This document shows, one piece after another, positions 18,841 through 28,005 of a DNA stretch of 64,000 nucleotides. Within the stretch, counting starts at the first letter, position 1. Each line of letters opens with the position of its first letter. A program made the position numbers and the translations under genes. This DNA is from a bacterium (lineage in GTDB: Bacteria; CLD3; SB21). The DNA lies in NCBI GenBank assembly GCA_013360215.1, contig JABWCP010000013.1:1-64000 (forward strand), in the 5' to 3' direction. A model generated the notes under the pieces. The model did no database searches, was not told the origin of the DNA, and was given only the letters and a program-made list of their open reading frames with translations.

Positions 18841-21207
18841 ATGAAACGTGTTATTCTCATTTTGAGCGTATTGTGTATTGCGCATTTGGGCGCGCAAGAA
18901 AAAGGTACCATAAAAGGTAAAGTGTTAGATGCTGTCGGTAAACAACCTTTAGCGGGCGTATCAGTGCGTATCGTGGGCAGCACAACGGGAGCCATCAGCG
19001 ATATCAATGGCGTTTATACTATTTCCGGGTTAAGTGAAAACGTGTATAAATTGCAATTGGACTACATTGGTTACCAATCGCACTTTGAAACCGATATTCG
19101 TGTCGTTCGGGGAAAAATCACGTATGTGCGCGAGATTGAAATGCAGGAGTCATCCATTGCCGGGGAAGAAATAACCGTCGAGGCCTCGGGGTTTGAGCAG
19201 GATAAATCGGCACCGGTATCCAATTATAATTATTCACGTGAAGAGATTCGGCGCAGTCCCGGAGCTACCGGAGACATTTTTCGTGCGATCGAAACCTTGC
19301 CCGGTGTGAGTTCGTCCGGTGGTGAGTTTTCAAGTTTCTCCGTTCGTGGCGGAAGCCCACGGGATAACATTGTTCTCGTAGATAACATTCCGTTTAGTAA
19401 AGTCTCTCATTTTGACGGGGGCACCGAAGAGCAGGAAGCGCAGGGCGGGCGATTTTCCATATTCACGCCGGGGTTGATCGAGTCGGCTAATTTTCAGGCC
19501 GGCGGGTTCGGCGCGCGTTATGGAGGTAAAAATGCTTCACTCGTTGATCTGCACATCAAAGAGGGAAATCGTGAAACGCCGACGGTCAATGGTACCTATG
19601 ACGCGATCGGTTGGGAAATCAATTATGACGGACCGTCGTATATTCATAAAAAAACGAGTCTTCTTCTGAGCGCACGTCATCAGGATTTTAATAATATTCT
19701 GAAATGGACCGGTCAAAAAGATCTCGGCCATCCGCGCTATACCGATATTATCGTAAAAACGACGACAGACATCGCATCGGCACATAAGTTGTCCTTTCTC
19801 GGCATTTATGCGGATGATTTATTTGATCGAAATCTGTCGCACGTATACGAAAGCAATAATCTGTATGGCAATGACTTAGCTGAAGGCGGTGAAACAAAAT
19901 ATCTGATCGGGCTCAACTGGCGCTGGCTTACCGGTAAAAAAAGTTTTATGGAATCGGTCGTTTATTACGGTCACAGGGAAAACCCGTTTAAAAGCGGAGT
20001 CGCCTATACCGACGCAACAAACGGAATCGCCCCTGCGCGGTCCGAAGTGAGAACGCGGGATAATATTTATGTGTATGATTTCAACGAACAACAGTTGGGT
20101 GCTAAATCGCAATTTACATACCAGGTTTTCACTCATCTTACAGCTATGACCGGCGTAGAAATCAACCGCTTTAGCATGGATAATACGCTCAAACAAAACG
20201 GTTGGGATACGACCTTTGTGTACGATAAAGATGATTACCGTTCAGATATATCCCAATTGTATCTTGTGCGTGACCCGGCAAGGACGAGTTATGCGAACAA
20301 ACAGACACGCTATCAGAGTGCAGGATTTTTAGAATTAAGTTATTCGCCGGACAAAAAAATTACACTCAATCCGGGGGTGCGGTATGAATACAGTACGTTC
20401 AATAGACGGCACGCCATTTCGCCGCGCGTGAGCATCAGTTATGTTTTGAGTGCGCGAACGACGCTCAATGGCGCTACGGGCTTGTATTATCAAGCGCCGG
20501 AGCTGGATGTTACGGGTAGTGATGCGCGAAATAAGAGTCTTAAAAATCAGAAAGCATTGCATCTCATTGCCGGTGGTACACGTTATCTCGGTAATGATGT
20601 CAAACTTACGATCGAAGGGTATTATAAAAAACTTGATCATCTTATCGTAAAACCGGATCGTACATCCAATCTGCGTACCAATCAGGGCGAAGGTTGGGCA
20701 CGCGGGGTGGACATCGGTCTTGTCAAACGGTTTGCACAACGGTGGTATGGCCAGATCAACTACTCACGTATGGCAAGCCGTCGCAATGACCACAACGGTG
20801 AAGGATGGTACAATTCGGATTTTTCTCAGCCCAACATCTTCAATGTTTTATTCGGGTACGAATTTAACAAAGAATGGTCATTTTCGACGAAATGGAAATA
20901 CGCGACGGGTCGCCCGAAGGACACGTATGTGATTCACGAAAATGTATTTAATGATACGGATCATATGCGTTACAGCAAAGAGATCATTCGTAACAACGGG
21001 GATCGTCTGGATGATTTTCACACATGGAATGTTCGTGTGGATTATCGGAAGCAAATCGGACGTTTTGCCGTGGTAAGCTTCGTGGATATTCTCAATATGT
21101 ACGGCCATCTCAATGTTAACGAGGAGTTTTTTCAGTATCAAAACGGAAAGTTGGACAAACGCGGATTTCGTGTCGCTCCGACGATGGGCGTAAAAATAGA
21201 AATGTAG
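18841..21207 (+). CDS. TonB-dependent receptor
   Basis: Signal peptide, CarboxypepD-reg-like N-domain, plug (LPGV...SVRGG), beta-barrel (PGVRYE, SPRVS, EGYYK). Confidence 0.93.
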   Translation: MKRVILILSVLCIAHLGAQEKGTIKGKVLDAVGKQPLAGVSVRIVGSTTGAISDINGVYTISGLSENVYKLQLDYIGYQSHFETDIRVVRGKITYVREIEMQESSIAGEEITVEASGFEQDKSAPVSNYNYSREEIRRSPGATGDIFRAIETLPGVSSSGGEFSSFSVRGGSPRDNIVLVDNIPFSKVSHFDGGTEEQEAQGGRFSIFTPGLIESANFQAGGFGARYGGKNASLVDLHIKEGNRETPTVNGTYDAIGWEINYDGPSYIHKKTSLLLSARHQDFNNILKWTGQKDLGHPRYTDIIVKTTTDIASAHKLSFLGIYADDLFDRNLSHVYESNNLYGNDLAEGGETKYLIGLNWRWLTGKKSFMESVVYYGHRENPFKSGVAYTDATNGIAPARSEVRTRDNIYVYDFNEQQLGAKSQFTYQVFTHLTAMTGVEINRFSMDNTLKQNGWDTTFVYDKDDYRSDISQLYLVRDPARTSYANKQTRYQSAGFLELSYSPDKKITLNPGVRYEYSTFNRRHAISPRVSISYVLSARTTLNGATGLYYQAPELDVTGSDARNKSLKNQKALHLIAGGTRYLGNDVKLTIEGYYKKLDHLIVKPDRTSNLRTNQGEGWARGVDIGLVKRFAQRWYGQINYSRMASRRNDHNGEGWYNSDFSQPNIFNVLFGYEFNKEWSFSTKWKYATGRPKDTYVIHENVFNDTDHMRYSKEIIRNNGDRLDDFHTWNVRVDYRKQIGRFAVVSFVDILNMYGHLNVNEEFFQYQNGKLDKRGFRVAPTMGVKIEM

Positions 21208-21234
21208 TTTTATATTTTATATGTTATAACGAAT

Positions 21235-21347
21235 AAAGATTGCCTCAAAAAAGTTTAGATGGATCTATTCATCATTGGACCCGAAAATTTGATGAATTGT
21301 TTGATGAGTAGATGTGTGTGTAACGGATTGAGGCAATCTTTTTTTTT
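21235..21347 (+). ncRNA. Long nested hairpin: candidate sRNA or extended terminator
   Basis: 14-bp outer inverted repeat, 12-bp inner stem, T-tract. Confidence 0.45.
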
Positions 21348-21350
21348 AAA

Positions 21351-22241
21351 TTACTTCTTATTCGCTTTCTTAAAACGTGTAATCAATTTTTTCATCTCTG
21401 CATCTTCCGTGATATTTTCACTCAATGTGTAAAACCGGTTAGTGTGGTTTATTATTTTACCGGATTTCAAATACAATGTAAGCTTTCCGACTTTAGTGCC
21501 ATTGCCGCCGGCTTGTACGATATACCTGTTTTCGTCGACGATAGGTTCTTCGATTTCAACCTGATCGTGTGCACCGACGATCATATCAATATCCGGAAAA
21601 TCCGATAAAATCAACTTGTCTTCTTCTGAACCGGCATGAGACAAAACAATAAGAATATCCACTCTTGAGCGAATATCTTTTATTACTGCATTCAAACGTT
21701 CTCTTTCATTGACAGAGTGTACTCCGGGTTGCTTGTTTTTCGGAAAATATCGAAACGCGGAAAATGGTGTATAACCGATGATTCCGATCTTATAGTTCTC
21801 TCTAGTTACGATCTGATAAGGTTGAGCAATGGGTCGGTTATCATGCCAAAGTGTAGATGAAGTCAATGGTAACTTAGATCGGGATACGATACGTTCAAAA
21901 AAATCGTATCCATTGGCAAACTCATTATCACCCGGATTTACAGCATCATAGGAAAGCAATTCGTATAATCGTATCGTCATAGAATCCTGCTGAGGAGAAA
22001 AACCAAATTGATTTAAAAAATCTCCGGCATCTACAAAAATAACCGCTCTCTCGTTTTTCCTTATGTTATCGAATATAAGCTTTCTTCGTGCAAGCCCACC
22101 CAAAGGTTCCTCTCCGCAATCGCATGCTTCGATATATCCGTTGGTATTATTGGTATAAACAAAAGAAACAGAATCCTGAGCCACTGCGCTATAAGATAAT
22201 AGTAACGGTGCGATGATATAAATCAGGATAAAAAAAACCAT
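21351..22241 (-). CDS. UshA/5'-nucleotidase-like metallophosphoesterase N-domain protein (CxC-GGLARR type), secreted
   Basis: NGYIEACDC...LGGLARR, VDAGD, GDNEF, LSHAG, VGAH; no C-terminal nucleotidase domain. Confidence 0.8.
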   Translation of the reverse strand: MVFFILIYIIAPLLLSYSAVAQDSVSFVYTNNTNGYIEACDCGEEPLGGLARRKLIFDNIRKNERAVIFVDAGDFLNQFGFSPQQDSMTIRLYELLSYDAVNPGDNEFANGYDFFERIVSRSKLPLTSSTLWHDNRPIAQPYQIVTRENYKIGIIGYTPFSAFRYFPKNKQPGVHSVNERERLNAVIKDIRSRVDILIVLSHAGSEEDKLILSDFPDIDMIVGAHDQVEIEEPIVDENRYIVQAGGNGTKVGKLTLYLKSGKIINHTNRFYTLSENITEDAEMKKLITRFKKANKK

Positions 22242-22353
22242 GTCGCAATAGCGCGACGGACTGATACAAGTGTATTGGTACATTTTTGCGACGCTTAATA
22301 TAATGTTACAATTGAAATCTATAATTTATAACACTTAAAAGTAAATCATTTTT

Positions 22354-22369
22354 TGGCATAAGACTTGAT
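22354..22369 (+). promoter_or_regulatory. Candidate sigma54 (-24/-12) promoter
   Basis: TGGCATAAGACTTGAT, GG-N10-GA spacing, about 100 nt upstream of the OMP gene. Confidence 0.45.
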
Positions 22370-22471
22370 ACATTTGATAAGTGTTATCGGTTCTTCACAT
22401 TTTAAAAATCACATAGTTACTTAAAAAAATCGGTTCTCTTTTTTATAATAAACTAAATGTAGGAGTTACAC

Positions 22472-22978
22472 ATGAAAAAATTAGTTGTTCTCGCTTTGTT
22501 AGTTATGCTAGCCACAGCGATTCAAACCAATGCACAAATGAAAGCCGGAAGTATGCGTCCCGCGTTGGAGTTGAATTTTGGAGGTCTTGGTCTTGGTTAT
22601 GGTGCCAGCTTCGAATATGGTATCACAGACAAAATCAGTGCACGCGCCAGCGCAAATATTTCAAGTTACAAAACCGGCGGTGATGAATGGTCATTGATCC
22701 CCATTGATGCGGTTGGTGTTTATAATGTTGATGATAGTAAGTATGCCATGCTGGGCGTTACGTGGACAACTTTCTCAGTTGATCCGAGCATTGGAAAAAA
22801 GGAAAGTTCTTCGTCGTTCGGCGTAGTTGCTGGTGGAGGTTATCGCTATAAACTCAATGATAAAATTTCAGTCAACGGAGAAGGAAAGTACCGTGTGATC
22901 ACACTTGAATCAGGTGCTTATAAACTTTCTGTAGCATGGTACACTGTCGGCGCAGGCTTCTCTTACGCTTTGAATTAA
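22472..22978 (+). CDS. Small outer-membrane beta-barrel protein
   Basis: AGGAG RBS, signal peptide, amphipathic strands, C-terminal VGAGFSY. Confidence 0.85.
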   Translation: MKKLVVLALLVMLATAIQTNAQMKAGSMRPALELNFGGLGLGYGASFEYGITDKISARASANISSYKTGGDEWSLIPIDAVGVYNVDDSKYAMLGVTWTTFSVDPSIGKKESSSSFGVVAGGGYRYKLNDKISVNGEGKYRVITLESGAYKLSVAWYTVGAGFSYALN

Positions 22979-23001
22979 CTTATCCAGACTTCAGGTATTT
23001 C

Positions 23002-23038
23002 AAGCCTCGCTGACTGTTGGCAGCGGGGCTTTTTTTTT
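23002..23038 (+). terminator. Intrinsic terminator
   Basis: AAGCCTCGCTG / CAGCGGGGCTT + T-tract. Confidence 0.85.
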
Positions 23039-23262
23039 AATATGTTCAAATCTACATAATTTTCGAAGCAAACATCGGTGTGGTGTAGATCAATGAAGAG
23101 ATTCTCCCTCTTCGAAATTATCTGGCAAAATATCATACCATGACAATAATCGGTTGAGGTAAAAATTCATGTTGTTTTTTAAACTAAAAACTAATAAATG
23201 TGTCGCGTATTTTTTATCTCTAATCTCATGGTGTGTCAATTTCCAAAAAAAAGGGAGTATTT

Positions 23263-23679
23263 ATGGTAGCAAAAGCATTGATTCCACTAATAGTGATAAC
23301 AGCGTTGATTGTGATTTCATGTTCGGAGGATGATTCGATCGGGGACGAGGGTTCTCTCACGGCACTTGATACGGTAAATGTGTCCATTTCCAAAGATTCG
23401 ACTTGTATTGTAGCATTAATAGTGAAAGCGACTGTAACCATTACGAGCAAAAAAACCGGAATACCGGTATCCGGATTTTCAGTTAATATAGAATCCAAAG
23501 CTTATTACCGTACAGCTTGCGGATCGCCGGGATCGCCTGATTTGGCTGATTATGCTAATGGTAGCGGAACTACTAATGCATCAGGTAAAGTAACGATTGA
23601 TTTGATTTTTGCTCCTTCAAGCTACGAAGGCGGTATCTATAAATATAAACATGTAGATTACGTCAGAGTAAAACCTTAA
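23263..23679 (+). CDS. Hypothetical lipoprotein
   Basis: GGGAG RBS, lipobox VISC, beta-rich body. Confidence 0.75.
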   Translation: MVAKALIPLIVITALIVISCSEDDSIGDEGSLTALDTVNVSISKDSTCIVALIVKATVTITSKKTGIPVSGFSVNIESKAYYRTACGSPGSPDLADYANGSGTTNASGKVTIDLIFAPSSYEGGIYKYKHVDYVRVKP

Positions 23680-23703
23680 ATGTCTTACTGCAAAGCAAAC
23701 TTT

Positions 23704-23743
23704 AAATTCCACTTGGAGAGGGTTTCACAAGTGGAATTTTTTT
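23704..23743 (+). terminator. Intrinsic terminator
   Basis: AAATTCCACTTG / CAAGTGGAATTT + T-tract. Confidence 0.8.
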
Positions 23744-23775
23744 ATTCAGAAAATCGAATTAAGAAAAGATGTTAC

Positions 23776-23967
23776 GGTCAAATAAATCGTCGCTTAAAGA
23801 TGATGGTGAGTAAATGCAGCGAAAGTAGTTTCTTGTGCTGATTTAAGACAACCGTCTCCCGTGAAGATAGAAAAGTTGCGATTTATCTCACACCCATCGT
23901 CATTATTTGGGCCTTTGTTCAAAAATCCTCGTTTTAAAGGAAGCTTATGAATTTCCTTTTTTAAACG
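23776..23967 (+). ncRNA. Candidate structured RNA / leader upstream of the frameshifted OMP gene
   Basis: Five nested helices with G-U wobbles on the + strand, then a terminator-like hairpin. Confidence 0.4.
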
Positions 23968-24071
23968 ATATTTCTATGGAGTCACGACTTTTAATAAAAG
24001 ATTGAAATTCTTTGCCATTTATCTTAATCTGTGGGTGCGTAGTTAAATCTCTAAAAAAAATGAGGAATTCC

Positions 24072-24749
24072 ATGAAACACTTACTTTCTTTTATCGCAAT
24101 TGTATTGATGTCTATGGGGCAAATAAGTTATGCACAAGACAAAGGTAATCTTTTGATTTCAGGTGCTTTCAGTTACAATGTTTCAGAAACTATACCCGAA
24201 GAACTTTCTTTTCTAGGAGAAAATTTTAGTGGGGGGGTATACCAATACGAGAATAGTTTTGATGCCGCGCGTAGGTGTTTTTATCACGCCGAACATGGCA
24301 TTAGGCATTGGTATCGGCTATCAAAACACAAAAGTTGAATTTGAATATGATACGGAAAAACAAACAACGTCAGATCCACGCATTGTAATCCAACCTTTTG
24401 TAACAAACTACCACCATTTAAACGACAACGCGAGTTTTTTTTCGACGCCTCAGTTTTTTATAATTTTGGAACCAGCAAGTTCACTTATACAGACGATGAT
24501 TATCCGGAAGACAATGAATCCGAAAAATTGAAGAACGTATCATACGGTATTAATTTGAGCCCCGGTATCGCTTACAAACTTACAAATAAAGTCGCGCTTG
24601 AGCTAACAATGGGACGTGTTTACTATAGTAAATCTGAAGTAAAACCTAAAGGAGCTCCCAGTTCGTTAGCGATCAAAAACAAAAATTACGGATTGAATCT
24701 TGATTTGAAACATGTCGAACTTGGTATTGAGCTTTATCTTTCACGCTAA
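24072..24749 (+). pseudogene. Outer-membrane beta-barrel gene interrupted by two compensating homopolymer frameshifts
   Basis: ORF-track fragments 24012-24338, 24229-24531 and 24528-24749 join into one 225-aa barrel if G7 (24231-24237) loses one base and T8 (24435-24442) gains one. Confidence 0.85.
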
Positions 24750-24785
24750 ATTGAATTATTGCTATTCGTTTGATACATACTACGC

Positions 24786-24807
24786 ACCCGGCTTAGCCGG
24801 GTTTTTT
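24786..24807 (+). terminator. Intrinsic terminator
   Basis: ACCCGGC-tta-GCCGGGT + T-tract. Confidence 0.8.
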
Positions 24808-24942
24808 ATTTGACCAACATTTTCCTTGCTTTCAGTGATAAAAAATATATATTTAGCCCATATTAGCTATTATCAGCTCTTATATTTTTAAGTTTATTAT
24901 TTACAATTACTTAATATAAAAAGCTAAACCAAAGGATACCTC

Positions 24943-25140
24943 ATGATCACCGTCCAAGTCGGCGAAAACGAACCTTTTGATAAAGCGCTCAAGCGTTTTA
25001 AACGTAAATGTTTACAATCCGGTCTTATGCGCACATTGCGCGATACAGCGCACTATGTGAAGCCGAGCGAACGCCGCAAAGCCGATCGTATGCGTGCTAT
25101 CCGTAAACAAAAACAGATTCAGGCCGAAGAAGGCAACTAG
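24943..25140 (+). CDS. rpsU: 30S ribosomal protein bS21
   Basis: V.VGENEPFDKALKRFKRK...YVKPSERRK. Confidence 0.95.
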   Translation: MITVQVGENEPFDKALKRFKRKCLQSGLMRTLRDTAHYVKPSERRKADRMRAIRKQKQIQAEEGN

Positions 25141-25161
25141 TCTGTTTGCGAAGTAGTTTTC

Positions 25162-25190
25162 AAAAACCATCCCTTTTCGGGATGGTTTTT
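25162..25190 (+). terminator. Intrinsic terminator after rpsU
   Basis: AAAAACCATCCC / GGGATGGTTTTT. Confidence 0.85.
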
Positions 25191-25216
25191 CTTTTTATAT
25201 GACGAAAGGAATGGTC

Positions 25217-26788
25217 ATGAAAAAAATGATGTTATTGTTCCTAGCGGCGAGCCTTACCGTTTCGGCTCAAACCACACGTCAGGTGCTAAAGCCTGTCAAA
25301 GTGGATATTTTTAAAAACGGGAACGGTTTTTTTGTCGCCGAAGGAAACCTCAGTATGAGTAGCAGTGAAGCGCAAATCACAGATGTGCCCCGGACCGCGT
25401 TTGGAACGCTGTGGGTAGGTGCTATGGACAAGAACATTCAAATATCCGGTTTACGTGCGATCGAAGAAAAATTTGCTAATCGCCGAGATCCTGCTTCATT
25501 GTATGAAATATTAATCTCCAATATCGGCAAACAGGTGATATTTCGCCAAAGCGGGGAAAAGGCAATTGAATACACAGGGATTTTAGAGCGTGTCATAGGC
25601 GAAGTATCGCAACCGGTTATTGTATTGCGTACGACCAAAGGGACGATGATATTAAATACGTGGTATGCGATGCATGCCGAGTTTCCGGAGTCTTTTCAGA
25701 GTACGTTTTCCGATACGACCAAAGCGATGGCGCTGCGCATAAAGACCAATAGTGCAGCAAATGCCGCACGATTTCAAATGGTCTATTTTCAAAACCAGAT
25801 CGGGTGGACGCCCAGTTACAAGATAGATCTCGTTGATGATAAAAACGCGCAAATCATCTTATCCGGCACGGTAGTCAATGATATCCAGGATATTGAAAAA
25901 GCCGATGTTAACCTGGTCGTAGGTTACCCGCATTTTGAATTTGCCAACACGTTATCACCGCTTACCACACCGATGCCGATCAGTGATTTCCTGTCTGCGT
26001 TAGGTTATGATGCACGTCGCCCTGATTTTGATAATTATGGTAATCGGATGATGGCCGCGCAAGTTGCTCGTTATGAGATGAGCGCAGGACAAGCCGATGC
26101 GGGCAATTTTACACCTGTCGGAGGTACGACTGTAGAAGACCTTTTCTTTTATAACTTACCTGATTTTTCACTGAAAAAAAATGAGCGCGCACAGATCAAT
26201 ATTTTCTCGGCTACGGTGCCTTATCAACATGTCTATGAAGTAACGCTCCCTAATGCATTTAATATACAAGAGGGGTATCTCTACGATAAAACCCCGGCAC
26301 GCAAAGAGCCTTACGAAGTGTGGCACTCCATTCGTTTAGAAAATAAAACAGCTATGCCGTGGACGACCGGTGCCGCGCTGACCATGCAAAACGGCAAAGC
26401 TTTGGGCCAGGATATTTTGCAGTACGCACCGGCCAAATCAACAACCCACGTCAAAATAACGACCTCGCCCGATATCTATGTTACGGAAGAGGAACGTGAA
26501 ACAGAGCGCAAAGAAGATCAGAAAAAAAAGGATGGGTATTCGTATGATCTTGTTACCATATCCGGCGAGATCAATCTGAACAACTACAAAGATAAAGACG
26601 TCAAACTCAAAATAACGCGCCCCATAACCGGTAAACTGCGCGAAGCAACGGCCGAACCCAAAAGTAAAGTCAACGTTAAGTCAGGAAGTGCGATCAATCC
26701 CGAAACAACATTGACTTGGGAGGTTAATCTGAAAAAAGGCGACGCCCGAAAGATCACGTATACTTACGAAGTGTATCTCAGACGATGA
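25217..26788 (+). CDS. DUF4139-like secreted protein
   Basis: Signal peptide; V.IFKNG.GF N-terminus, Y..QIGWTPSYKIDL, C-terminal LTWEVNLKKG...ITYTYEV. Confidence 0.75.
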   Translation: MKKMMLLFLAASLTVSAQTTRQVLKPVKVDIFKNGNGFFVAEGNLSMSSSEAQITDVPRTAFGTLWVGAMDKNIQISGLRAIEEKFANRRDPASLYEILISNIGKQVIFRQSGEKAIEYTGILERVIGEVSQPVIVLRTTKGTMILNTWYAMHAEFPESFQSTFSDTTKAMALRIKTNSAANAARFQMVYFQNQIGWTPSYKIDLVDDKNAQIILSGTVVNDIQDIEKADVNLVVGYPHFEFANTLSPLTTPMPISDFLSALGYDARRPDFDNYGNRMMAAQVARYEMSAGQADAGNFTPVGGTTVEDLFFYNLPDFSLKKNERAQINIFSATVPYQHVYEVTLPNAFNIQEGYLYDKTPARKEPYEVWHSIRLENKTAMPWTTGAALTMQNGKALGQDILQYAPAKSTTHVKITTSPDIYVTEEERETERKEDQKKKDGYSYDLVTISGEINLNNYKDKDVKLKITRPITGKLREATAEPKSKVNVKSGSAINPETTLTWEVNLKKGDARKITYTYEVYLRR

Positions 26789-26797
26789 TTTAAAAAA

Positions 26798-27808
26798 TCA
26801 GTTAACGGTAAAGTCCGTCGCGCGGAGCAATCGCCCTTGTGCGTCCACAATTTCAACCTTCCAGCTTCCTTTGCGTCCGCTGACGGTACGAAATGCATAA
26901 GTGCGCATGGATTGTGATCGGATGTCCAAGGGCACTTCACCGAGGGAGTTTCCATTGTGAATCCATCGCACTTTGACGGTTTTTCCCTGGCCTCCGTTGA
27001 CGCGCAGCCAGCAATAAATTTTTTCTGTAGTCGAGGAAGAGAAAGTATCTGCCACACCGGTAATTTCCATATTCGCTACGCCGGTTCCGATTCGCAAAGA
27101 TTCCACCAGCATACCGTCAATCGTATTGCCGCCGGCAGGCGTTGATTGGGTTTCAGATGGTGCTGCATTTTTATTAGTAGTTGCATTGCTGTTATTGGCT
27201 TTTACAGACGTATTATTGCCTGTATTCGAAACTGCATTTGTAACCGGGGCAACATTGGTACTTGTCACGGTTTTTGGTTTAGGGGTCGGTTTGTCTTCGC
27301 CTAATTTGGAGTTAGCGCGTGTGATACCATAGACACTGCGCAAATCGTAAGGCAGGTAACGTGCGGGTTGTTGCCGGTTTTCGCCGCCGTAACTCAGCAT
27401 CAAAGCCAGTTTGTTTTCTTTATCTATCCATTCTACAAAAATAGCACTGTGCTCAATATCTCCATAAGAATGATTGATATAATACAACCAGTCTCCGTTT
27501 TTGATTTTTTCAATATCAACAAAAGGGCCGGCTTTGACCGACTTGAAAACAGTTTCGCGTTTTCCCCACACATAACCCGCACGATCAAAAACCGCATTGG
27601 CATAATCCCAACAACTGCCCGGTAGTATTTCCGCATTGGTCAATGTCATCGTTCGGCCGGTCTCTAGTATTTTTTTTCCGTCCGCTGATGCAGTTTCTTC
27701 CGCTTGGGTCAGCATCGCCGTATAATCGCCCGTGTCGTAATAATCCTGTGAACAGATGGAGAGCGAAATACCCGTGAAAACAAAAAGATAGGGGATAATT
27801 TTAAACAT
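26798..27808 (-). CDS. Secreted protein: CHAP/NlpC-like Cys-His domain + Thr/Asn linker + DUF2914-like domain
   Basis: GSCWDY...GDW...HSAIF; low-complexity linker; IYCW...VRWIHNG...RTY...GSWKVEIVD. Confidence 0.7.
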   Translation of the reverse strand: MFKIIPYLFVFTGISLSICSQDYYDTGDYTAMLTQAEETASADGKKILETGRTMTLTNAEILPGSCWDYANAVFDRAGYVWGKRETVFKSVKAGPFVDIEKIKNGDWLYYINHSYGDIEHSAIFVEWIDKENKLALMLSYGGENRQQPARYLPYDLRSVYGITRANSKLGEDKPTPKPKTVTSTNVAPVTNAVSNTGNNTSVKANNSNATTNKNAAPSETQSTPAGGNTIDGMLVESLRIGTGVANMEITGVADTFSSSTTEKIYCWLRVNGGQGKTVKVRWIHNGNSLGEVPLDIRSQSMRTYAFRTVSGRKGSWKVEIVDAQGRLLRATDFTVN

Positions 27809-28005
27809 ACCGCTATTCCTGCGTTTAAGGTGTATGAAATGAAATTTAAAAAATGAGAAAATGGTGAACCGTAAAATAATACAGACAGGAAGATATAAGT
27901 CTGTCTTTAGGACACACGTAAGATAGGACGAATCGGCGTGATTCGCAATTTACAATTTAGAGATATGTACAGGCTTACTCAAATCGTCGGTAGCCGAGTG
28001 AATGC

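Noticed and set aside
23050-23113. ATCTACA...TGTAGAT and GAAGAG...CTCTTC inverted repeats, reminiscent of a Cas12a repeat stem
   Set aside because: Single occurrence, no spacer periodicity, no cas genes
21235-24810. Integron cassette array interpretation of the hairpins and short genes
   Set aside because: No RYYYAAC...GTTRRRY-bounded attC sites, the hairpins do not resemble each other, and there is no integrase
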